From Octopus vulgaris (taxonomy: Eukaryota), in contig OX597835.1 of NCBI GenBank assembly GCA_951406725.2, forward strand, positions 27,280,001 to 27,344,000: 64,000 nt of DNA. The letters run 5' to 3'. Position numbers and translations under genes: made by a program. Shown here piece after piece: positions 12,546 through 45,298 of the stretch; position 1 is the first letter of the stretch, and each line of letters opens with the position of its first letter. Under the pieces are notes generated by a model that saw only the letters and a list, made by a program, of their open reading frames with translations, searched no databases and was not told the origin of the DNA.

Positions 12546-12652
12546 ATTTCTTAGACGATGCACCGTTTCATCTACCGTTTAATGGTAAACTAACCTGATT
12601 AAATTAAATCAAGCCAATCCACCATAGGCCCTTAGACACATCAGTAAGAAAT
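12546..12652 (-). ncRNA. Hammerhead ribozyme copy with core substitution (CTGATGT, A9->U), probably inactive
   Basis: Reverse complement of the 13084 motif except at one core base. Confidence 0.75.
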
Positions 12653-13083
12653 AGCCAAGTCGGAACAGATATTTTTCACGAGGCATTCCTCTTGCTACCT
12701 CGGCAATATCTGACCTAAAATTTTCAAATCGTCGCACTCGCGCCAAATTTATCGGCAGCAAATAAATATAAGCCACCGATTCCATTACGGAACTAACCAG
12801 AAAATTCATAATTAATCAATATAGGGTGGCAAAAAAATTTTTTGTAGAATTCTTTTGCCACCAGCGGCCTAGTAGGAAAAAATTAAACCAGGAGAATATT
12901 GAAAAACTTTTACCCTGTAATTTCTTAGACGATGCACCGTTTCATCTACCGTTTAATGGTAAACTAACCTGATTAAATTAAATCAAGCCAATCCACGAGT
13001 GCGACGATTTGAAAATTTTAGGTCAGATATTGCCGAGGTAGCAAGAGGAATGCCTCGTGAAAAATATCTGTTCCGACTTGGCT

Positions 13084-13190
13084 ATTTCTTACTGATGAGT
13101 CTAAGGGCCTATGGTGGATTGGCTTGATTTAATTTAATCAGGTTAGTTTACCATTAAACGGTAGATGAAACGGTGCATCGTCTAAGAAAT
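13084..13190 (+). ncRNA. Type I hammerhead ribozyme, intact core; predicted cleavage after GUC at 13182
   Basis: Stem I ATTTCTTA/TAAGAAAT (8 bp), core CTGATGA, stem II GTCTA/TAGAT enclosing a long G-U-rich hairpin, GAAA, stem III ACGG-TGCA-TCGT, then C17. Confidence 0.88.
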
Positions 13191-13574
13191 TACAGGGTAA
13201 AAGTTTTTCAATTTTCTCCTGGTTTACGGAATTAATGTTATTTTGCGGTTAAAGCTTTTGGCTGTTATTTCTAGTGGGTGAATGGCCTATTATGGCCGTT
13301 CCTTGATTGTGATGTTGAACGTAAAAATAGTTTATGACTATTTAATTTTTTCCTACTAGCCGCTGGTGGCAAAAGAATTCTACAAAAAATTTTTTTGCCA
13401 CCCTATATTGATTAATTATGAATTTTCTGGTTAGTTCCGTAATGGAATCGGTGGCTTATATTTATTTGCTGCCGATAAATTTGGCGCGAGTGCGACGATT
13501 TGAAAATTTTAGGTCAGATATTGCCGAGGTAGCAAGAGGAATGCCTCGTGAAAAATATCTGTTCCGACTTGGCT

Positions 13575-13681
13575 ATTTCTTACTGATGAGTCTAAGGGCC
13601 TATGGTGGATTGGCTTGATTTAATTTAATCAGGTTAGTTTACCATTAAACGGTAGATGAAACGGTGCATCGTCTAAGAAAT
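13575..13681 (+). ncRNA. Type I hammerhead ribozyme, second tandem copy; predicted cleavage after 13673
   Basis: Identical to 13084-13190, 491 nt downstream. Confidence 0.88.
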
Positions 13682-13899
13682 TACAGGGTAAAAGTTTTTC
13701 AATTTTCTCCTGGTTTACGGAATTAATGTTATTTTGCGGTTAAAGCTTTTGGCTGTTATTTCTAGTGGGTGAATGGCCTATTATGGCCGTTCCTTGATTG
13801 TGATGATATATATATATATATATATATACGCACCCATGCTAGCATGGAAAGCGGATGCTAAATGATGATGATGATGTATATATATACATATATCATCAT

Positions 13900-14210
13900 C
13901 ATCATCATCATCATTTAACGTCCGTTCTCCATGCTAGCATGGGTTGGACGGTTCGACCGGGGATCTGGGAAGCCAGAAGGCTGCACCAGGCTCCAGTCTT
14001 ATCTGGCAATGTTTCTACAGCTGGATGCCCTTCCTAACGCCAACCACTCCGTGAGTGTAGTGGGTGCTTTTTACGTGCCACCTGCACAGGTGCCAGGCGA
14101 GGCTGGCAACAACCACGGTCGGATTGGTGTATTTTATGTGCCACCGGCACGGAAGCCAGTCGAGGCGGTGCTGGCATCGGCCACGAGTCGGATAGTGCTT
14201 TTTACGTCCA
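13900..14210 (-). mobile_element. RTE-derived 3' tail repeat
   Basis: GGCGTTAGGAAGGGCATCCAGCTGTAGAAAC...CATGCTAGCATGG...(GAT)n. Further copies near 22130-22400, 22870-23160, 23300-23900, 24030-24430, 28750-29030, 34858-35275, 36210-36480, 38400-38710, 50465-50840, 51888-52065, 59500-60265 and 63660-64000. Confidence 0.85.
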
Positions 14211-14219
14211 TAATTATCA

Positions 14220-16710
14220 TCATCATCATCATCATCATCATCATTTAGCGTCCGTTTTCCATGCTAGCATGGGTTGGACGGTTCAACTGGGGTCTGGGGA
14301 GCCCGAAGGCTGCACCAGGCCAGTCAGATCTGGCAGTGTTTCTACAGCTGGATGCCCTTCCTAACGCCAACCACTCCGAGAGTGTAGTGGGTGATTTTAT
14401 GTGCCACCGACACAGGTGCCAGTCGAGGCTGGCGAACGGCCACGCTCGGATGGTGTTTTTATGTGCCACCGACACAGGTGCCAGTCGAGGCTGGCGAACG
14501 GCCACGCTCGGATGGTGTTTTTATGTGCCACCGACACAGGTGCCAGATAAGGCTGGCACCGACACAGGTGCCAGTCGAGGCTGGCGAACGGCCACGCTCG
14601 GATGGTGTTTTTATGTGCCACCGACACAGGTGCCAGATGAGGCTGGCGGACGGCCACGATCGGATGGTGTTTGTTACGTCCCCAAAGCACGGAGGCCAGT
14701 CTATGCGGTACTGGCTACGGCCACGTTCGGATGATTTTCTTGTGTGCCACCGGCGCTGGTACCACAAAGATACAAATTCCATTGATGTTCATCTATTTTG
14801 ATTTGATTTTCACTTGCCTCAACAGGTCTTCACAATTGTCACAAGAAGGAAGGTATGCACAGGTGGACTGACAACGTCCCAGGCAGGGGCCACGGGTTAT
14901 GGCCTGACTAGTCTTGCCGGGTCTTCGGATGGTGTTTTTATGTGCCACCGACACAGGTGCCAGATGAGGCTGGCAAACGTCCACGATCGGATGGTGTTTG
15001 TTGCGTGCCCACAGCACGGAGGCCAGTTGATGCGGCACTGGCCACGGCCACGTTCGGATGGTTTTCCTGTGTGCCACCGGCCCTGGTACCACAAAGACAC
15101 AAATTCCATTGATGTTCATCTATTTTGACTTGATTTGATTTGATTTTCACTTGCCTCAACAGGTCTTCACAAGTGTCACAAGAAGGAAGGAAGGTATGCA
15201 CAGGTGGACTGACTACGTCCCAAGTAGGGGCCACGGGTTATGGCCTGACTAGTCTTGCCGGGTCTTCGGTTGGTGTTTTTATGTGCCACCGACACAGGTG
15301 CCAGATGAGGCTGGCGGACGGCCACGATCGGATGGTGTTTGTTATGTGCCCACATCACAGAGGCCAGTCGATGCGGTACTGGCTACGGCCACGTTCGGAT
15401 GGTTTTCTTGTGTGCCACCGGTACTGGTACCACAAAGATACAAATTCCATTGATGTTCATCTATTTTGATTTGGTATGATTTGATTTGATTTGATTTGAT
15501 TTGATTTGATTTTGATTTTCACTTGCCTCAACAGGTCTATACAAGTGTCACACGCTTGCCTCAACAGGTCTTCACAAGTGTCATAAGTAGGGAGGTATGC
15601 ACAGGTGGACTGACTACGTCGCCGGGACTTCGGATGGTGTTTTTATGTGCCACCGACACAGGTGCCAGATGAGGCTGGCGAACGGCCACGATCGGATGGT
15701 TTTCTTGTGTGCCACCGGTACTGGAACCACAAAGATACAAATTCCATTGATGTTCATCTATTTTGATTTGGTTTGATTTGATTTGATTTTTTGATTTTCA
15801 CTTGCCTCAACAGGTCTTCACAAGTGTCACACCCTTGCCTCTGCCTCAACAGGACTTCACAAAGTGTCACACACTTGCCTCTGCCTCAACAGGTCTTCAC
15901 AAGTGTCACACACTTGCCTCAACAGGTCTTCACAAGTGTCATAAGAGGGAAGGTATGCACAGGTGAACTGACTACGTCGCCGGGTCTTCGGATGGTGTTT
16001 TTTGCCTCAACAGGTCTCCACAAGTGTCACACCCTTGCCTCTGCCTCAACAGGTCTTCACAAAGTGTCACACACTTGCCTCTGCCTCAACAGGTCTTCAC
16101 AAGTGTCACACACTTGCCTCAACAGGTCTTCACAAGTGTCATAAGAGGGAAGGTATGCACAGGTGAACTGACTACGTCGCCGGGTCTTCGGATGGTGTCT
16201 TTATGTGCCACCGACACAGGTGCCAGGTGAGGCTGGCGAACGGCCACGATCGGATGGTGTTTGTTGTGCCCACAGCACGGAGGCCAGTCGATGCGGTACT
16301 GGCTACGGCCACGTTTGGGTGGTTTTCTTGTGTGCCACCGGCACTGGTACCACAAGAATACAATTCCACTGATGTTCATCTATTTTGATTTGTTTTGATT
16401 TGATTTTCACTTGCCTCAACAGGTCTTCATAAGTGTCTCAAGAAGGAAGCTATGCACAGGAGGACTGACTACGTCCCAGGTAGGGGCCATGTGTTATGGC
16501 CTGACTAGTCTTGCCGGGTCTTCTCACGCACAGCATACTTCCATAGGTCTCGGTCTCTAGACATTTCCTTAGTGAGACCTAAAGTTCGAAGGTCGTGCTT
16601 CACCACCTCGTCCCAGGTTTTCCTGGGTCTACCTCTTCCACAGGTTCCCTCAACCGCTAGGGTGTAGCACTTTTGCACACAACTATCTTCAGCCTTTCTC
16701 GTCACATGAG
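14220..16710 (-). mobile_element. RTE-clade LINE 3' end: ORF2 C-terminus plus long 3' UTR with internal tandem duplications and (GAT)n tail
   Basis: ORF 16505..16783 VEGTCGRGRPRKTWDEVVKHDL...DRDLWK is an RTE C-terminal motif. The UTR contains ~60-bp and ~330-bp tandem units. Confidence 0.88.
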
Positions 16711-16722
16711 TACATAAGTATA

Positions 16723-16782
<60 letters not shown>

Positions 16783-16933
16783 TACATGTCTGAATTCAAA
16801 GACTGAACTTTTGGAATCATGTCCTTACGTGACAAAATACCTATTGCAGTTGTGGGCCCCCCCCCCCATGATCACGGCTAGAATCCACATTTTCACTATG
16901 TTCCTACACAAGCTTCCTATATGTCTTAACTTC

Positions 16934-17173
<240 letters not shown>

Positions 17174-17461
17174 ATTGTATATATGAAATGTATGTATAAG
17201 TACATTTGTGCCTGTGTTTGTCACACACTACCACCACTAATGCTTGGAATCAGTAATTGATTATCTTCCTCTAAATGTCTGCAGTGCTATTGTATTCATA
17301 GTTATTGTTATGAAGAGCTTCATTAAACTGGGTACACTGATTTGCATAAATGATGCATTCTTGACAGCTAGTTTGATTAATAAATGGCAGGCACAGATGT
17401 TAGGCAGAGACTAAAAATTAAAAGAAACAAATAAAACAAGAATTGTAAACAGTTTAAGTAT

Positions 17462-17467
17462 TTTATT
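17462..17467 (-). terminator. Candidate polyadenylation signal (AATAAA) for DNase II
   Basis: AATAAA on the minus strand about 790 nt after the stop, in unique sequence beyond a microsatellite. The hexamer is common in AT-rich DNA. Confidence 0.3.
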
Positions 17468-17626
17468 GAGTTTGAACAATACAAAATTAATCTTTAGAAA
17501 ATCAACTTTTAACAACAAATGTGAATGTGTGTGTATTTAATTAGAGGTTGGGTTAACCTCATGATGGGATGCTTTCATCCCAGGAAATACTGGTTCAATA
17601 ATAGGTGTATATAAAAGCATATATTT

Positions 17627-17691
<65 letters not shown>

Positions 17692-18249
17692 TCATATATA
17701 GATATATGTGTATGTATGCATGTATGTATGTATATATATATATGTATGTATATATATGTATATATATATATAAATATGTATGTGTGTACATATGCATATA
17801 TAGGTGTGTGTGTGTGTATGTATTTATATATGTATATATATGTACACATATTTATATATATATATGTATACATATTTATATGTGTGTGTATATGTATATA
17901 TATTTATATCTACATACATATATATATTTACATGTAATTGTATATATGTATATATATATATTTATATATACATATGTTTGTACATATATATATAGGGAGC
18001 TTGCTTCCTAGCTACATGGTTTCGGGTTCAGTCCCACTGCGTGGCACTTTGGGTAGGTGTCTTTCACTATAGCCCCGAGCTGACCGGAGCTTTGTGATTG
18101 AATTCGGTAGGTGGAAGTTACTGCCGTGTGTGTATATGTGCGTGTAGGTGCTTGTGCCTCTCCGAAAGAGAGAGAGGGATATATATATATATATATATAC
18201 ACATATCTCTTTCCTGTCTTTCTTCATCTTCTTGTCTATATAGTTGGTT

Positions 18250-39839
<21,590 letters not shown>

Positions 39840-40583
39840 TATAAGTTTTAGAAGTTACGAACCGACTAAGTTTGCTTTCAACTTGCGGTTCTCGTTTTAT
39901 ACCAAATCAAAATCGGACAATAATTTCTACCCGCTGCTTTGTTATCGTTCGTTTGTAGATATGTTTGAGGTGGTGATAATAACGTGGGTATATCGTCTAT
40001 CTCGATTTGTCTGTTAATCTCACTGTATTGCAATGCCTATCTTAGATTATGTGCTTAAGCGTATCATCTGTTTACGCCAAATTATTGTCGGTTTCGAGAT
40101 AATTTTATTATTATTATCGTATTCCGTCATATCCGTGTAGTTCCATGTGACTTCTGTCTTCTCAATTTTTTTCCTCTTTATCTGTCTCTGTCACCCGTGC
40201 TTTCGTCCACTTCCCCCGCCGCCACTACTTTCTACTTATATAGAGGAGACTACTGATGACAAAGATTGTCAATTCGTAATTGTGTCGGTGCGTTCAAACA
40301 CACACACACATACATGTATGTGTTTATATGCGTGCATGTATGTGTGTGTGTATGTTGTGGAGTGGGTGTTTTTTTTCTAGTTTTTAAAACGAAACTGACA
40401 AAATTATTTTATCCAGGTTAATGCCCTATTCTATATATACATATATATATATATATTACATACATACATACACACACACACACATACATATATATATATT
40501 ACATACATACATACATACATACATACACACACACACATATATATATATTACATATATATATACATTACATATATATATATATT

Positions 40584-40667
<84 letters not shown>

Positions 40668-40685
40668 GTATATATATATATATTA

Positions 40686-41022
40686 TCCTTAAATCCTTAA
40701 ATCCTTAAAAATGTTTTAGCCCGAAGGCCGCGGCCATGCTGGGGCACCACCGCTGAATGAGCTACACTAATTTGTGAATCCACCTCTGATACGTGGCACT
40801 TGATCAACAAGGGAGTTCGATGCTGCTGCCCGCATCTGTGTCTCCTGTCGTGAGGTAGGTTCATCTGGGACCCCCGATAAGAAGAGATCCAGTTTAGTTT
40901 TAAAGAAACCCACATCCACACCATGTAAGTCTCTCAGGCATTTAGGGAGGATATTAAAGAGCTGTGGTCCTCTGAAACCCAAGCTGTTGCAGTATCTGGA
41001 CCTGTATTTTGATGGTGATGTT
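40686..41022 (-). mobile_element. CR1/L2-group-like LINE 3' end with (TAAGGATT)n tail
   Basis: ORF 40767..40982 RGPQLFNILPKCLR...FKTKLDLFLSGVPDEP...ASNSL is a LINE ORF2 C-terminus; short 3' UTR and tandem tail follow. Confidence 0.75.
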
Positions 41023-41091
41023 ATATAATATTGATATATATATATATGTATACATATATATTATACATATATATTCTATATATATCAATAA

Positions 41092-41156
<65 letters not shown>

Positions 41157-41346
41157 TATTGTAAAATCGAAGAAAACCTTTAATTGAAAGACAGATTCCA
41201 GATACATATGGTAAATAATCATATACGAAATATAAGTCAATTAATACATTAAAATAAAAATTATTTGGTTCATTGCATGCATATTACTCTACCTCTGGTA
41301 TTTGAGTACTCTTTTTCCACCTTGTTTCACATTTATGTGCTTACTC

Positions 41347-41394
<48 letters not shown>

Positions 41395-41539
41395 GTCGAA
41401 ACTATGCATAGTCCAAAGATGATAAGGGTAAATGGTTTTATTTTCCTTTGGTTTCTGAATTACAACTATTTAGCGGTTTGAGTTTAGCTGCTCTTTCTAG
41501 TGGATCGAATGGCCTATCAAGACCATTCCTTAATATTGT

Positions 41540-41601
<62 letters not shown>

Positions 41602-41651
41602 TATAGGAAAGAATGGAACTGAACGAAGATTTAACAAAATTCCTTTATTTT

Positions 41652-41737
41652 ATTTTCGACATAGGTTTCGAAGTCTGCAAAATCCCTAATTCCGAATGAA
41701 TAAGGAGTCCATTATGCAGCTTTCTCTTCAGGAAAAT
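41652..41737 (-). ncRNA. Type I hammerhead ribozyme with extended stem II
   Basis: ATTTTC CTGAAGA GAAAGCTGCA...TGCAGACTTC GAAA CCTATG TC GAAAAT. Stem I is a perfect 6 bp, stem II is extended with an inner hairpin, stem III is minimal, cleavage triplet is GUC. Confidence 0.8.
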
Positions 41738-42016
41738 CCAGGAACTTCTTTCGCCAACAAAATGCACAACAAGTGCACAACTTTGCAGACTTCGAAACCT
41801 ATGTCGAAAATAAAATAAAGGAATTTTGTTAAATCTTCGTTCAGCTCCATTCTTTCCTATACTTATTATATTAAATTAAACTTCAAATTTCCGCACTAAG
41901 GCACGGAGTATATGCCCTATGGTCGTAACTTCAACCGTGCCCTTTCTGTTGTGAGTTTGCTACCCAGGTATCGGTTATCTTTCGAATTATCCGTAATAAG
42001 ATAATTCATTTATCTA

Positions 42017-42056
<40 letters not shown>

Positions 42057-42296
42057 TATATGCATATGCATATATGGGTACAGGATGTCACAAAACGTGA
42101 ATTGCTCGAAATGTGGAGTAGATAAACAGCCGACAACTGATGAAAGGTCGTTTATATTACTTGTCTTGTTTTCCATTTGTTTCTCTCGCTGTTCGCATAC
42201 TCTGGTGCACCTTCGTATTTCATGTTTCCGCATTTCGTAATCCATGTCGTTTTCGTATTTCGTGTTTACGTTTTGTGACGTCCTGTACCAATATAT

Positions 42297-42389
<93 letters not shown>

Positions 42390-42475
42390 GTAAGTATGTA
42401 AATATGCATGTATACATGTATATATATATATATGTATATTTATATATATACATGTATATATATATATTTATATAT

Positions 42476-42525
<50 letters not shown>

Positions 42526-43867
42526 GTGGGCACCGTTAATCGAAAAGTTAACTTCGTTAATCATTAATCTATTATCCAATGGATAAATTAGTACAATAGT
42601 AGTAATTCGACGGAACTTGCCGAACATTTTATTTCAAGTAGCTGTGATTTTGTGGAACAACTGAAAACGTACATTTTCAGAAAATATTCTGATTCTACTA
42701 CACTTTCAGTGCTCAAAATGCACGAGGACAAATACGTTTGTGAATTGCTAGCACCACGCCCCTGACGAATAAATCTAATGACAGCTGAATTTCATCACAT
42801 TTACTCAAAACTGTTCGACCACGTATTCTTTTTCCTGTTTTGTTTTCTGCTTTTCTTTTTCCTCCCTTTTCCTTGTTACCAGTTATGGAAAACTGAAAAC
42901 TGATTATGTCAATGTAAAATGGAACACAGGATGTCCTCATTCATGTTTTGAATTTCTGTGCTTTTTTTTATCTCTTATATTTTACAGAAGACAGACGATC
43001 TATCAAAATATTGTTCAATCCGTTCAATAATCAGAATCAATCTCTATTACAAATCGCATTGCGCACTTCTTATTGTTCCTTTATTGTGTTGTTACAATGT
43101 TGAAGATGATTATAATGCAAGTCGTTACAATATACAATATATATATACAACTTCGTTCGGTTGTTTGTATGTACATGGCTTGTTTATAGATCTCCATTCT
43201 GTATGATAGTAGGCAACTTCATTTCTGTAACTGCTCGGGAGAAAGACAAAATGGAAGTAATAATTCGTTCGTTTATTGACCACAAGGGCTAACAAAAATC
43301 AATTAAAACATAAAGGGACAAAACACAGGACGAAAGTTACAAAGGGTTTTGTCCGTTTGAAAAAGTCCGTGTACAAAAGCAGGATGACAACGAAAAATAA
43401 GTAACAATTAAAACTCCCAAATAGGGGGAGGCGCTTCGAAAGGTTACTTGTGGAAAAACCCATAAAAGCCACGGGAGCCTGGTCAAAGTGGGGGGGGGGG
43501 GTGTATAGAGCCCCTTTCTCCTTTTATATTTCCTTTTCATTCTCACAGGTGTAAAAAGTAATAATAACAGATAGCAACAGTAAGAGGTGTGCCTTCGCAT
43601 GCTGATCAACATATTGAGAAGAATTGCTCTTTGGCCCTGAGATCAGTCAATCCATTGGTCAGATGCCGAGAGACCGAAGAGATCGACTGATATTTGCTTG
43701 TATATTTATAATTTTTGCCAACTAAAGCAGGTCAAGCTAAAATATTAGGGTTCTTCGTCCCTAATCAGGTGTGGCCTGGGAACGACTCCAGAAAGATCAA
43801 GAGGTCAGTTTTTTCTCATTAATCTCTCAGTCCAACTGGCGAAAATAATAGGCTGAGAACTTATTTG

Positions 43868-44883
43868 ACAATGCAGACAAATGTGGATTCCGTTTCGTAA
43901 CTTAGCTTAGCCATTCTGTAGCTGTACGTTATACACTCGTACATTGTTGGCAGAACTTGGTCCTTCACAAAGCATTACCAATCGACACCTCCATATGCTC
44001 GGCCTTGTGAACAGACGCTGTCGAGAACTCCTTATGAACAAACCAATGATAAGGCTCAACGTCGTAGAAATATTTGCAAACGGCATGCCCACAGCTCTGA
44101 GCTGAAACTAAAGCGAAAAAAAATCCTCGAGATGCCCGTTTTTGGCCTCGAATTGTAACTGGGAATGAAAATGGATTTATATTTGTAATCCTTAAAACAG
44201 AAATCAGAGGTTTTATATTACAATATAACGTACAGCTACAGAATGGCTAAGCTAAGTTACGAAACGGAATCCACATTTGTCTGCATTGTTATTAAACAAG
44301 AATAGTTCGATCAGAAGTTTGTGTTGTATGTTAGATAGAATTTCAAGGTAGTGTTATATTTTGAGCTTGTCCCAGATGGTCATGCTGTAAACGCTAACTT
44401 TTATACTCAATAAAGGCATTAAGTATAAGATGCTTTGAAAGCCTGGTACTCAGCATTCATTAGTCAATTGAAGAAGTGCATTCCTACACATAATAATGCT
44501 CCAAAACACATTGTGAATGAGACCAAGCGCAAACCTGAGGGGCTGAAAGTGCAGTTTCACTCTGTCTACAGTCCAGACCTTGCGCCATCAGATTACAACC
44601 TTTTTCCAAGCCGTGGAAAAGATGGTGATCAGATGGTGCGTTCCCTGTAGGGACTGAGGTTCAACAATGTGGATGGGGATGTTGAAAACGGAACCAGGTA
44701 GTACTTTTGCCTCTAAACAAACCAATTCTTCTAAGGGTGGAATTGAGCTTCTGGTACAATGATGGCAACAGACAATAGAATACGATGGGTTAAAGTTTGA
44801 TGAACAAACGCTTTGATTGTGTTATTAGTTTACACTATTGATTAAAGCTTGAAATACAAGAAAGCTTTTGACTCAACCTGGTA
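43868..44883 (+). mobile_element. Mariner transposase remnant with an internal inverted duplication
   Basis: ORF 44435..44650 HNNAPKH...YSPDLAPSDYNLF; 66-bp inverted repeat at 43868-43933 / 44224-44289. Confidence 0.75.
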
Positions 44884-44884
44884 T

Positions 44885-45298
44885 ACTCTTTTACTCTTTT
44901 TTACTTGTTTCAGTCATTTGACTGCGGCCATGCTGGAGCACCGCCTTTAATCGAGCAACTCGACCCCGAGACTTATTCTTTTGTAAGCTCAGTACTTATT
45001 CTATCGGTCTCTCTTGCCGAACCGCTAAGTTACAGGGACATAAACACACCAGCATCGGTTGTCAAGCAATGCTAGGGGGACAAACATAGACACACAAACA
45101 CATACATTCATATATATATATATATACATATATACGACGGGCTTCTTTTCAGTTTCCATCTACCAAATCCATCACAAGGCTTTGGTCGGTCCGAGGCTAT
45201 AGTAGAAGACACTTGCCCAAGGTGCCACGCAGTGGGACTGAACCCGGAACCATGTGGTTGGTAAACAAGCTACTTACCACACAGCCACTCCTGCGCCT
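44885..45298 (-). mobile_element. SINE family A copy
   Basis: Reverse complement of 37843-38245. Confidence 0.85.

Larger units (their letters stand above)
12318..13805. mobile_element. Hammerhead-containing 491/492-bp repeat unit in tandem and inverted copies (retrozyme-like / Penelope pLTR-like), inserted in (TA)n
   Basis: Unit 12318-12809 restarts at 12810 (second copy has a 118-bp deletion). The sequence then switches to the reverse complement at 12996 and runs for about 1.65 units to 13805. (TA)n on both flanks. Confidence 0.9.

Noticed and set aside
13418-13618. 66-aa ORF present twice (also 12609..12809 on the minus strand)
   Set aside because: Duplicated only because the repeat unit is duplicated; no recognisable motif, and it overlaps the ribozyme core.
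14800-14830. CTGTTGA-GGCAAGT-GAAA hammerhead-like string in the RTE 3' UTR (minus strand; also ~23437-23460)
   Set aside because: Non-canonical core with no credible stems I, II or III.
14261-16400. CRISPR-like regularly spaced repeats
   Set aside because: The intervening sequences are themselves repeated, there are no cas genes, and it is the 3' UTR of a eukaryotic RTE LINE.
42104-42150. GAAA...CTGATGA in type II hammerhead order
   Set aside because: The required stems do not pair; at most GCTCGAAATGT is a truncated type I relic.
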